Shown here: piece after piece, positions 40,671-53,494 of the stretch
Position numbering within the stretch: position 1 is the stretch's first letter
Layout: every line of letters starts with the position of its first letter
Assembly: GCA_963514005.1 (NCBI GenBank)
Contig: OY740820.1
Span: forward strand, 23,932,001-23,996,000
Reading direction: 5' to 3'
DNA length: 64,000 nucleotides
DNA from: Raja brachyura
Lineage: Eukaryota
Position numbers and translations under genes: made by a program
The notes under the pieces: model-generated
What the model saw: only the letters and a program-made list of their open reading frames with translations
Told to the model about the DNA's origin: nothing
Database searches by the model: none

Positions 40671-41539
40671 CTATACAAATAGGATATATTGGTAGTAGTT
40701 CACAGGCCAGGCAGTATCTAGAAGACTTGAACTGAAACGTTATCTTTATTCTTCTTTCCACAGATTCTGTCACTGTGTCAATGAACACAGAATTCTCCAA
40801 TTTTAGGTAAACATTGTCTCCTCCCCCCCTCCCCCCCCCCCCCGGTTCTACACATCTACCCATATCCTTTCATGCACTCCTTGTTCTTGTGCCGTTCAGA
40901 TCCTTTCCCCTCCTCCACCCTTATCCCCTCCCCAACCCTCCCTCTGGTTCTACTTTTCACACCTCACTTTCCTCTTATCAGATTCCACCATTTGTCTTCT
41001 CCACTCTTCATCACTATCTTCACCCTTTTCTCCCCCCTCTGACTCACCTGGATCCACCTATCACTTGCCAGCTCTTGCTCCATGCATTTCCCTCGACTCT
41101 TACAACCAGCTGTTACGCCTCTAATCCAGTCTTGAAGGATCCCGATCTGAAACTTTCTCTGTCCATTTCCCTCAAACAAGGAAAGGGATATCACACCAGG
41201 GGGCCACATGCATGACAAGGGTGTCTGGTACAATGACAGTTTGTGAACACTACCAAATATAACATTAAGTGTGTGTATATCCGCTGAGAATGTCAGAAAA
41301 GTCTATGCATTATTCTTGTTTTGTATACATTTCTTTATTATTGTGAATAAAGTTTAATTTTGGAAAACAAATTCCCTCCACAGACAACCGCAGACCCACT
41401 AAATTCCACCAACAGGACTGTTTTTCTGCAAACTTTATCAATGTGGAGTTCAGGACCTCCGTTGCAGTAGATTAAATGATGAAAAATAACCTGCAGCCAA
41501 GCGAGGACAATCACCATTCTGCATATCTAAAAGTCCCAC

Positions 41540-41840
41540 ACAGTAAATTAAGTCACTTTGAAATTTTTTTGCTTTTGCACAGAAGGAAATGCAACTGCTA
41601 ATCTGCAGCCAGCAATGTCCTACCTTGCAGCAATCCAATATTGGCTGGGAAATAGATTGCCTCCAGGATACTATGCAGAACTAAACTGATCTTTCAGTGG
41701 CTGATGCAGAATATATTGTATCAATTTGGGAGAAAGACGAGGTTTAATGTTCACATCACATAAATGATAATATGTCTGACACTGCAGTATTCACTCAGCA
41801 TTGCACTGGTGTGTTAATCATGTTTGTGTGCCTCAGATGG
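41540..41840 (-). mobile_element. Ancient DeuSINE
   Basis: Reverse complement of the same pattern (CAGTGCAATGCTGAGTG..TACTGCAGTGTCAGA...ATTAAACCTCG); boundaries approximate. Confidence 0.5.
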
Positions 41841-42532
41841 GATGACATCTTAAAAATAAACTGTAGTTATTTATCTAGGTATTCCAATAGCACCTGCTAA
41901 ATTCGCAGCCTTTACCCTCTAAAGAAGGTAACATGCACAGGGACACCTCCCTTGTAGTTTCCACACGTGTTACACATCATGTTGCCATTGCTTACTGGAT
42001 CTAAAGCCTAGCATTGCCTGCAGTGAGGCTGTGTGAGCATCACATCAGAAGCACTGCCGAGGTTCCAGATATTGCACAAAGCCTGCACATGAATACGAAA
42101 AAATGCCTTAAAACAATAATTACAGGCTCAGAATTAGAAAGGGAGGTTTTAGATTCCATTTCAAACATTTGCCATCTGGGACCTCAGTAATGACTGCAGC
42201 TGATATCTGCAGGTTACGAACATAACCTTCAATTTAAAGACTTCAGTAGAGCTTTTAACATTTGGTCGCATCCACTTGAAGGTAGTTTGAAGATGTAGAA
42301 AGGAAGGAAATGTGTGTGCATCGCAGCCACTCTAAATAGCCCCAGAATGTGAAGCAAACACTTTAATTAGGACCTGCCCTAAGGGCAGAACACAAGAAAC
42401 ACATCCTCACTGATGCAATCAATGCAGTATTGTACACAAGTAGAGCATGTTTGTATTCATTGCCACTGAATAAATACGGCATTCCATAAATAGAAAATAA
42501 CTCACCTGCTGCAGGTTTTTTTTAGAAAAGCA

Positions 42533-42538
42533 TTTATT
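42533..42538 (-). terminator. Candidate ADPGK polyadenylation signal
   Basis: AATAAA on the minus strand followed about 10 nt later by an A-run; the adjacent sequence is U-rich on the minus strand like a 3' UTR. Implies a 3' UTR of about 3.2 kb. Confidence 0.4.
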
Positions 42539-44633
42539 CCAATATCTTGCTTTAAAAAAAGTAAAATAGTGACTAGATTGATACAGTACTTAAACCACTG
42601 ACATTTAACAAAAAACCCTCAAATTTATGTTTGACATTGATATTTTACATGAGAAAAAAGGCATACATTTTCCAACAAACTGTCCATGAGGTATCTCTAG
42701 ACTTCACATAAAAGAGCAGATAACTGGGGTTAACAAAGATGCAGTCAACTTAAATCATGTCAAACATTGTTTGGCTAAATCTGTCACAATTTAAAATATA
42801 GATGTCATACTAATGTTCCCAATGCCAAGAAAAATATTGACCTTGAAATCAAATTGCACATCAGACTGACATGAAACCCATTTTTTCAATGATGCTGTTT
42901 CAAGTCCCTTGTCCTCACTAGGTGTCTGCAGAAGATCCCAATCTAAAACATTGTCTTTCTATTCCCTGCACCGATGCTGCCTGGCCTACTGAGTTCCTCT
43001 AGTGCTTTGCTAACAATTCCAGCACCTTCAGTTCCTGGTCTCCTGGTTACATTTTGCTTGGTCAAGATCACAAACAGACAGCTAGCAGTCCCCTGCAATG
43101 TTAATGCTGAACGTCAGTTAGATCTTGCTCAGCAGATTGTGCAGAGTTGTATTTGGTGGCAAACTCACCACCAAACACAACTATGGAGTATAAACAATGT
43201 GGGAATAGAAATGCTCGGTTTGTCTTGCCTCTCACACAGCCTGCAGACTCCCCTGTTGAGTTCCTTCAGGAACTTGTTTTTCACTTGAGATTCCAGCATC
43301 TGCAATCACTTGTGCCTCCAGCAGTCAGCCTCTGCTGTGTTGGCCATGAGCAGAGTACATAGTTGTATAATATACTGCAACACAAAACCAATCATTTTGC
43401 AGAAATCTCATCCGCACTTTAGTTTTTACATGAACACTCCACACTTGGACAGGTTCTTGGATAGGCAAGGTTAGAGAGATATGTGGGAAAATGGGACTAG
43501 CTTTGATGGGGCATCTTGCTTTTCATTTGATGGGTTGGGCGAGGGGCCTGTTTTTGTGCAGCACGACTATGACGTTCTGGCATTACAGTGCCTTCTGTAC
43601 AGGTCTCTGCAAGGAGGAGCATAACCAGAAACCACTGATACATTTGCAATATTTTTGCATATATTGTGGGCAGAAGACACATTTCGAGTTCTCTTTCATC
43701 ATAAACTGGTTCCATAAGGCATACTCCAGTCACAAAGATCCCCGGTATGCAGGACCTGTGAGGAGTTTAGGTTCTAAAACAAGGCAGTTGAGTTAACCTC
43801 TACCACCAGTTGTGACTTCAATCATCCCCTTCCACCTGAAAACCCAAACAGCACAGGCACAACCAAGGAGGATTTGAAATTTAAAATAAAATAGAAAAGA
43901 ACCCAGAATGTGCCTAATATAAAAAATAGATTACAGGCTTAAATACCCAGGTTCACCCACCAGTAATAATACAACTAAGTTCCAATCAAACTAAAGAATT
44001 AACAGAATTTATGCCCCAGTATGTCACAACATTTGGTTCAATGACATTTGAGAGAAGGCTGTTTCCGAGCAGAGGTGGAAGATCTGAACACTCAGTCAGC
44101 TGCCCGCTTTAGACTTTGCCCTCGCTCAGACAGCTCACCCCCAGCGAGAATGAAGGAGAAATATCACATTTCCAACTCATCTTTAAATGCCCGTCTAATT
44201 TTCCCACTCCACATTGGGTGGAGGGGATTTCAATGCAAGGCGTTTCCAACCCTACACACGCCCTCCCACCACCGTACAATCCCAAGTGCAACTGTCCATT
44301 CTCTACGTGGCAGCCCCAACAGTTGGCTCAGGAAATTATTTAGTACTGCTACCTTACAAGGCTGTATATTTTGCACCAAGGGCTCTTGAGTGTGCAGTGG
44401 GATCAGGAGCCCTCTCAGCCTTCCCAGCCATTGATCCAACTAATGTTGCATCTCTTGTCAGCCAACTCAGCAAAGGTTAGGTCATGCACAAGCCTCTAAC
44501 TACTAGGGGAGTTTTACTTCGCAGAACTACATTTCGTTATTTCGCACAAGCAAGAGAGCTAAATCAGAATCATGATCACAAACAGTTCCTTAACCTGCCT
44601 TCATGAAAAAGCTGCAAATTAGCACCTAACCTT

Positions 44634-44657
44634 CCCCCCCCCCCCCCCCCCCCCCCC
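44634..44657. repeat. C24 homopolymer (G24 on the ADPGK sense strand)
   Basis: Direct reading. Confidence 0.9.
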
Positions 44658-45727
44658 AACACCCCTTCAAGCATTCTTTATACACCCAGTCCTCCTGAAA
44701 TAAATAGGAATTTTGGGATAACGCTATTTCAAAATGTGGCTGTCACTGAATTAATCATTTGATGCAATAGAAAAATCCATTCTGTTTGAAGTTATTAACC
44801 CACCAAACTGAACAAAACGCACTAAAGCATAACTGATCAGTATCTAAGGAGAGGTGACAGGTGGGACTATGGACCAGTGACAGTAAAGTTGAATGTTTCA
44901 AATTGTAAGCCTGGTACCATTCCAAATCCATGCCTTCCCCGTTCAGCCTGGGAGAAGGGAGGAAGCAATGTCTGCAAACACGTCTGACACTTACTGCAGC
45001 AGAGTCGGTGCCTCTGTTTCTCTTGATTAATAGCAGTAGCAATATTGGTGTAGTAAATAAGTGAGGCAATTACTGTTCACCTGGCCCTCGACAGCAACAA
45101 TGCAGGAATTCCCCTCCCACCACGGTTTTACAATTCTCACATACTGCATTTTGCGATTGATATTGAATTAGGCATGCTTTGGTTTGTAAATTCCTGCAGA
45201 CAAGGAATAGAATTGAAACCACAACCTTTTTGCATGTGAAACACTGCCCAGAGGAAATGATCCAAAATATGGAGATGGATAAAAATCCAGGTGCACAGTG
45301 TGATAATAACCAGTCTGCTACTCTGCATCCTCACATACCCAAACACAGCATTGAATACAAGACACCACAAACATATTGTCCAAACCACTTTGTAACCAGA
45401 TTTCCAAAGTTGATTTCATCAAAAACATAAAGCATGGGTATTCCCTGACAGAAAAGATTTGATATTCAGAATACAGCAAGGTATAAGACATTGTGTAAAT
45501 AAAAACGGCGTTATTTTGTTTTGTTGGCTTTTACACACTACACCAGGATTAAAAAGAGCAAGCACCTCACACTAATATCTGCCACCCTTTCTCTCTACTC
45601 TACCCCGTGACCATTTATCTCAAATGTCCCCAATTAACGACCCATTCCTATACACTGCACAGAGTTTGACATTAATACATAGTCAAGTTTGACTCTGTCT
45701 TGTTGAACATAGACGTTCAGAGTCAAG

Positions 45728-46285
45728 TCACAGCCGCCCAGAATACAACAGGCCTTCTGCAGAGATGCTATCTCCTAATCCCACAGTCCTGACTGGGTCA
45801 ATGCAAACCATCACCGGAGTGATGAAAAAGGAGATGTTTTCTCGATGCCATATGCCCACAGGGTTGGTCGGACTCAATGTCATTTTCTTTGCTTTCAATG
45901 TTTTGTCCATTTGTGACAGAACGAATTGCATGGGGGATTTGAGAACCACTTTAGTGGGATCGATGGTGTCAGTGCCACATGCTTGACTGCCAGCAACTCT
46001 TGCACCAGCTGCCACAGATGAGTTCTGGTTGCTCCAGTGACCGTTGATGACCGCTATCATGTGGTAGGTCAGGGTGTGAAAATGAATGCGCGTTAAATCT
46101 GACTCCTTGGTCTGATCTGTTTGCCCATACTCTTTAAGGAGCCAGAAGATGATATCACTGACCATTCCAACATCAGGGGCTCCATTCCAAAACTCCTGTG
46201 TGCTGTGAGGCCCTGAACCAGCTTGACTGATGAACAAGAGTTCCTGCTCATTCAGGCCAATCGAGTTCACAATAGTAAGAACCTG
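45728..46285 (-). CDS. ADPGK: ADPGK exon 7, last coding exon (alternative acceptor at 46282)
   Basis: CTCAG|CAG|GTT tandem acceptor; (Q)VLTIVNSIGLNEQELLF...TRIHFHTL...RTVGLGDSISAEGL, with the ribokinase-family NEQE and GxGD motifs; TGA at 45730-45728. Exons sum to 1479 nt = 492 aa. Confidence 0.96.
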   Translation of the reverse strand, partial: QVLTIVNSIGLNEQELLFISQAGSGPHSTQEFWNGAPDVGMVSDIIFWLLKEYGQTDQTKESDLTRIHFHTLTYHMIAVINGHWSNQNSSVAAGARVAGSQACGTDTIDPTKVVLKSPMQFVLSQMDKTLKAKKMTLSPTNPVGIWHRENISFFITPVMVCIDPVRTVGLGDSISAEGLLYSGRL

Positions 46286-46896
46286 CTGAGGAAAAGAAGA
46301 ATGGATCAGCTTGGAGATGAACTAACAGAATACCAAATACACTTAGATGATTACAACCCTTGGTAAAGGGGCGGACAGCAAACCAGCTGCCTGTCACACT
46401 GCTTCTAAATAAAACAATGGCCCAACTCACACGCCCTTGCCTCAAGTTGCAGCTGAGAACAGTATGCTAAATAGTATTCGAGACGACATCTCCTAGTCCT
46501 GGACTCAACACAGAGTCCAAGGGCGGTGACACAACGGCCTGAGGTTAGCGAGTGCGAGTTGGTACCAGATGTGGGCAGCTCCACAGATGGGTCAGAGAGA
46601 CACTGGAGGCCTATAGGATGGTCAATCCTGTCCATAGTTGGGAAGCACGAGAGACTGCATACAATGGTCTCTCATAGATGCCAGTGATTGACCAGATAAA
46701 AGGTAGCTGTGACACTGATTCAGCACCATAAACCTGCCTGGATTCAGTACGGGAATGGGATACTAACCCTCTCCCCTCATTACCTGTAAGGCAACAAGGA
46801 AACATTTATTGTTCCACTTCTAATCTTCGAGAAATGGAGACATTCCACCTCTGAGGAACCATCGACCTTCTCAGCACCTACCCCCAAAATAATTAC

Positions 46897-46995
46897 CTGT
46901 TCCACAATCGCGTTCATGTAGTCTGTGTCTGTCATGCTGGCCAGCTCCAGGTGCACGGAGATTTCATTGGGGATCTTCGAGATTAACTCAGCAAC
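46897..46995 (-). CDS. ADPGK: ADPGK exon 6
   Basis: CAG acceptor; VAELISKIPNEISVHLELASMTDTDYMNAIVEQ (HLELASM motif); CAG|GTAATT donor; 99 nt. Confidence 0.95.
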
Positions 46996-48592
46996 CTGTG
47001 GTTTAGATTAATGGGGGAATGGGAGGAACAAACAGAAGTCATTATTTTCAAAATGAAACAAGTTACAGTTCAGGGAAGCATAGTCCTGCTATAAGAAACT
47101 AAAAAATGCTACAACAAAATCCAACACTAGCCTTCTACAAGCAGGAAACTATGCACCCTCAACAAATTATTATTGATTCTTTGCCCAACATCTGAAAAAC
47201 CTTTTTTTTCTGCCCAGCATTTCTTTGATGGCATCAGTTCTCGCTGGGCTGGAGTGCAGCTCGCCAATGAAGACCAGGTTGCCTCCACCTCCCACCCCAC
47301 GTTGTTAGTTTTCAGTAGTGCAGCCAATCCTACAAGCATCTGATGCCCTGATACAACATATCACTGGACAGAACAACACTGTGGAGAGCAGTCCAACACC
47401 TCCACATGGAAGAGCTGATGCAGAAAGAGATTATCTCTGGATCACATCAGGAAGATCTGCCATAATAATATGAAGGAATGACTGGATAATTTTCGTCTTG
47501 CGTCTGAAGTGGAAGAGGAGCAAGAATTAGAAATGGAATGGAGTTATTTGAGGTAATTTGCAAGACTCAAACAGCAAATTTCAGCCCAGGGAGCAGCAGG
47601 TAAGTTCCAAATAGTTGTGGAAAGTAATGCAGCAACGAGTCCAATCCATCCTTTACAGCATTACATTTATATTTAAGTTTGAGAAGCATAGATAGGATGA
47701 ACAGTCAGTCTTTTTCCGCCAGAGTGGAAATGTCCAAAACTAGAATCCATAACTTTTAAGGTGGGAGGGGGAAAGCTTAAGGGAAATTTGCAAGGCAAGT
47801 CTTTTGTTTTTACACACACAGAAATGTTAGGTCCTTAGATGCACTGTCAAGGGTGATGGTAAAAGAGGTATGGCAGCTACATTTAAGAGGAATTTAGACA
47901 GCCACACAAACAAGCAGGGGATAGTGGTACAGACAATGTGCAGGTATATGGGATTGGTTTCATTTGTCATCGCAGTCAGTACAGTCATGGCGGGCCAAAG
48001 GATCTATTCCTGTGCTGTACTGTGTTACCAATGACAAGTAAGGCTTAAGAACGGTACCGATAAAGATCAGGATAGCTTTCCTGTTCTTCATGTGAGGAGG
48101 TTTCCTGTAGCAAAGTTCAGCATCCTTCATGTGGTCACATTGGGATCACATGCTTTGAAGAAGCCACAGCTTCTCAGTGTTACAAACACCTCAGAAACCC
48201 TGGAGGTGCTGGTGCCATGAATGGCAGATTAACAGAAGCTTCAGTTCAAGTCACCTAAGCCTTGGAACCAAGAGTTCATCTCATCTAACTAAGACACTCA
48301 TCCTACACAAGGGCATCCACTTTTGGAGCTCAATCTGATCGATGTTCATTCCCATCCTCTGTCCAAATTCTCCCGATTCACTGGAAAACTTACAATACAG
48401 AATGCAAAGTGTATTGGGGTATTAATAGGGGTGAGGTCCAATAGTTCAGAAGACCTGCCAGTCCAGCACTACCACACGATGTCCTGAAGGCTTCATGTTA
48501 TCAGAGTGTAACGGTATTCCCAATAGTCAATTATGTCAACGAGCTGCCAGTCAAGACAAACAACAGATACTGTCGACGGTCTGTGCTCACGA

Positions 48593-48662
48593 CAGAGGAG
48601 TTGTGCATGCCAGAGGAGCTGTGCACGCCAGGGGAGTGGTACACACGCCAGAGGAGTTGTCA
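48593..48662. repeat. Short minisatellite, ~18-20-bp unit (CAGAGGAGTTGTGCATGC), ~3.5 copies
   Basis: Direct reading; ADPGK intron 5. Confidence 0.75.
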
Positions 48663-50064
48663 CTGCAGAGGATAGTGATCATAGTCGACACAGCTGCATC
48701 TTCTGTGAGTTCAATTGCTTCTTATTGCTAATATATTAAAATAATCTATTTCTTTGTCACCTAACATTCAACATTGTTTGTGACAGTGAAAGAAAGCTTT
48801 GTAAATCAAGGCCACATACCCTAAATATGTGATTGCTATTATCGTGACACTTTGTAATTTGAACATTTACAAATAAAGGGATATTGATAGATCTATAATG
48901 GCATCTGTTCAAAAATGAATCAGAAACCAAATTGTCTGTTGATGGAAGGAGAAAGGGCATCTTTGTGACAATTCAACACAGTCTAGAGGGTGATAACACC
49001 AGGAGTGAATCTAAAGAGAAGCATTGATGCTGACAAAAGGGTTGAAGCCTACTAGAAAGCAATAAAAGATCACAATGTAACAGAGACAAAAATACTCAGA
49101 TATTATTGAAAGCTGCAAAAGTCTGTATGTAATAATAGGGAGAAGGCAAGGCTTTTAAATAACATTCAGCATTTCAATAACAGGAAAGAAGAGGAGCAAA
49201 GCAAATTGGTGAAGAAAATTAAAGTAACATTTAAAGAAAACAATGCACAAACAATGTAATTTAATATTTTGTTCAAACTCCTCACTGTGATATGTGCAAA
49301 TTTGTTACAAGGATTTATATGGTGGATTATAATCTCTGTTAAATTTGACACAGAGTGTTTACTATACCCCATGTCTAAGAAAAAGACGTACATGTCATTA
49401 ATAATGTGGCATCCAATATATTTGACCCCGAGAAGAAAACAACAGATACTTACCTGGCAAAGCTGCCTTGCTGATTTTCATGGTGAAGAGTGCACTATAA
49501 TTATCAGTAAAAGTTAGAAAAAACAGGAGCTAGAGGAGATCAGTACTTTACGGCAACTCTGCCATTCATCACGATCGTGGCTGGTCATCTACCTCAGCCA
49601 TTTCCCTGCACGATTCCCTTAAACCCATCGTTCTCTATACTCAATAACTTCAAAGACCAAGCTGCTAGAGCTCCAGGCTACAGAATTCCAAAGATTCCCC
49701 ATCCTCTGATTGAAGCGGCACCCTCATTAAAGGGCCTCCTACTTATTCTTGTGATCTCTGGTTCTGGACACCCGAGCCAAGGGAAATATCCTCTGTCAAG
49801 CCCTGTCAGCACTTTGTAAATTTCAGCAAAAAACTCCTCATTTTCTGGTGTCAAACCCCATAAAATACAGGCCTAATCTACTCAATTTCTTCTTATAGAA
49901 ATTCTGTATAAGGCAGATAATCATTGTGCAATTCCCAAAGCTACCTCCCTCGCTGAATTAAAGGGTGTGAAGACCTTTAGAAAGACCAAGGGAGGTAATT
50001 CTATACAACAGCGCACACACTGCCAGAGCACAGGTGGCTTTGCGGTGTTTGATGACAGTATTCA

Positions 50065-50304
<240 letters not shown>

Positions 50305-51272
50305 TTAGCTTCATTCTGCATGAAAAAAAAAGACTGGCAAAATTAAATAATCCATTGCTACAGTGGATTTGCCATGTATTATCACCATATAGCTATCACT
50401 GACTACAGGCCTTTAAACAAGCAGTAAAGGGAAAAAAAACACTAGCTCACCTACAGTAACTTATTTATATCATTAAAACAGATTAAAATCTTTACAAACA
50501 CTTTAAATTTGAAGTGTTTGTATTGTAACCTAATGTAACATTACCAGCAAAGTCCCATTGAGAGAGAAGTGGTATCCGGGACAACTGGGATCTCCCTGTT
50601 CTCTCCACAATGTGTCATTACATGTCTAACATGCTTTGTCGAGTTTATTGTTGTACACACAAGCACGGTGTTGCTTGCAGGAGCATCACAGGCACATAGA
50701 CACACACTAACCCACAAAAACAAATGATACATACATCCCACATGAAATTCCACTGCATTAAAAAAATATAAGTAACAGCTTAGCTTTGAGCATCTCCTGA
50801 CCACCATTCACATCACTGTTTCATTGAACATGGAACAGTACAGCCTGGGAATGGGCCATTTGGCCCACAATGTTTGTGTTGAACGTAATGCCTAGCTGAA
50901 CTGATCTTATCAGCCTGCACGTGATCCATATCTCTCTATTCCCTGCACTTCCATGTGCATAACTGAAAGTGTCTTAAGTGCCATTATTGTGCCTCCACCA
51001 CCACCCCAAGCAATGAATTTCCAGGCCCACAATTTTATTTTAAACCTGTCCCACACATCTCCATTAAACTTTCCCCCTCTCACCCTCTAGAGTTGGACAT
51101 TTCCACCCTGGGGAAAAAGATTCTGACCATCCACCCTATCTGTGCCTCTCATCCTTCTACTCAGTCTCCCCTCAACCTGTTATACTGAGAGAAAACAATC
51201 CAAGTCCACCCAACCTCTCCCTGTCACTGAAACCCTCTAATCTAGGCAGCATTCTGGTAAACCTCCGCTGCA

Positions 51273-53252
51273 TCTATATAATTAAAAGTCTTATCTTGAC
51301 CACTTCATGTTTGCGCTGCTGTTTGATTTTAGAAAATCGCTACCATATATGGCTGTGATTTTTTGGCCATCTTACTCCGAGTCTTCCTCCGATGATCAGG
51401 CCCCGAGGATTTTTCCCCATCGATGAAAAATAAAAGAGTTATTAGTGTTTAAAAAATCTTCTCTCTCCTGTCAATCATTGCAATGAAGGCAATGGGGGGG
51501 GGGTGTGGAGACCAGGCACGTGCCATCAAGGTAGGCAAGGCAGGCACTGCCTACCCCGACTAAAATTATGAAATGGCAATTATTAAATATAAATAGTAAC
51601 GGCATGGGAGAATTATGCCTATGTAAGAGACCGATCTCTTAGGTAGGCATAATTCTCCGTGCCTTTCATCCGCAGCGCTTGTGACACGGGAAGCTCTGTG
51701 TAGCCCACGTGCCGTCAGCTCTGCCTGAAACCGTCAATTTCAATCGGGGCTGAAGGCAGCAGAAATTTTGCCTTTGCAGCACTGCGCATGCGCAGCATCA
51801 TACTGCGCATGTGCATCAGTCACTTGTGCATGCGCAGCGCAGGTTTCTTGGCGGGGTTTTCAACCAAGGTTCGTCGTGTACCAATGATGTGGTAAGTACA
51901 TTTTGTGATTTTTTTTAATACCGTATTTCCCGGGGTGAGGGGGTGTGGGGGGGGGGGGAAGCGAAGAGCTCCTTTCACAGCGTCTGGGGAGTCTGGCCCG
52001 GGGTAAAGTTGCGGGGAGGGCACGAATATTATGAATGAGGGGTCGGGGGCATCCTCTTGCGACACTCCTTGCAAGGGGGCGTGGAATGACACCGCTCTGA
52101 GGCCGGGGGGGAGAGAGAGAGAGTAGCTCGGGTGGCTGAGCGGCCTCCGGGCTGGACAGCGGAACCAGCCGCCACCTTAGCTCCTTCTGCTGGTCCCCGC
52201 CCACCTCTGGCAGCTCTCCAGCTAAAAACCTCTCTCCTGCCGCTCGCTGGCCTCACTCATGTCATTCCGACAGCACGATTGAGGATACTGGGCTGTGGGA
52301 ATTTAAGGATTTGCAGGAAATTGCTGACATGAACGAAGTCGGCGAACGGCAGGTGACAGGTGTTCAGACGGAGAACACTGCCAAAGCTGAGCGGGCCGGA
52401 AGAAGGCGCTGAAGTGGCGGCCAGTTCAGCTGTCAGGTCCCGGTGGCCGCTCCCCGAGCTGCTTCTATCCCCAGCTACAGTACGTGGCTTTGCGCCCGGA
52501 GAGCTGCGGCAGCGGTGAGTGAGTGAAGATTCCAGTACTTTGTGATAAGCACTTTCTTGCGATTTTCACCATTGCTCCTCACATGTCCAGCCTACAACCT
52601 CTATATATTGCTCAGACCCTCTAGTCCTGGCACCTTCCTCGTAAATGTTCTCTGTGTCCTTTCCAGCGCTGGTAGTATCCCCGACACCCTCCTTCTCAAC
52701 ACTCGTGCCCTCCCCACAACTTTACCCCTGGCACAGACTCTCCACACGCTGTGAAAGAAACTGTCCCCCCAATTGGTCCAGGACTAGGAAGCCTTGGGCA
52801 AATTGAAATGCCGCGGTTTTTATTTATTTATTTATTTATTTATTTAACGGGGCGAACAATTTGCGCATGCGCGGTTTAAATTATTTTTTAAAGTGGACTG
52901 AGTGCCTACCCTGAGTAATTACTCACGGCACGTGCCTGGTGGAGACTGACTATAAAACCCGGATGTTTGGACGTGGCTCAGTTGCTGCAGGAAGGAGAGG
53001 CCACGACTCTCAGTCTGAGTTGGGAATCTACACAACACTGCGTGTCTACTGAACTATGAGTGCGCTTTTATGTGACGTCATGTGTCCCTTCGGCCCACAA
53101 CACCCATACTAGTGCTCCAGAACACCCCTCCCCTTCCCCCCCCCCCCCCCCACTGGACAGCTAGATTGGAATTGGTGGAGAGGTGGAATATTGCGTTGGG
53201 GGACCAGCCCTCCCGTATGAAGCTGGGACCCAATGTGTCCCACTTAGTCTAG
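51273..53252 (+). mobile_element. Non-autonomous Helitron in ADPGK intron 4, with a nested hAT
   Basis: 5' TC (TCTATATAATTAAAAG); 3' hairpin TGGGAC..GTCCCA (53224-53242) then CTAG; inserted between A and T with no TSD; flanks rejoin into continuous CR1 sequence. Confidence 0.85.
51513..52938. mobile_element. Non-autonomous hAT transposon nested in the Helitron
   Basis: Perfect 12-bp TIRs CAGGCACGTGCC / GGCACGTGCCTG; 8-bp TSD GTGGAGAC (51505-51512, 52939-52946). Confidence 0.9.
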
Positions 53253-53405
53253 TCTTCCCTAAAGCTTCCACATCGTTCCTGTAATACGGTGACCAGGACA
53301 GAACGCAATACTCCAAATGTCCAAGAGAGCTGCATTGTGACTTCCTGACTCTTATATTCAATGCCCCAAACAATGAACGCAAGCATACCATATGTCTTCT
53401 TTATC

Positions 53406-53494
53406 TGAAGATGAGTTTCGACCTGAAACATCATCTATTCCTTTTCTCTAGAGATGTTGTCTGGCCCCCTGAGTTATTCCAGCTTTTTGTGTCC
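53406..53494 (+). mobile_element. Short Penelope pLTR inserted into a CR1 LINE
   Basis: 12-bp TSD GTCTTCTTTATC (53394-53405, 53495-53506); insert begins at (C)TGAAGA. Confidence 0.8.
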
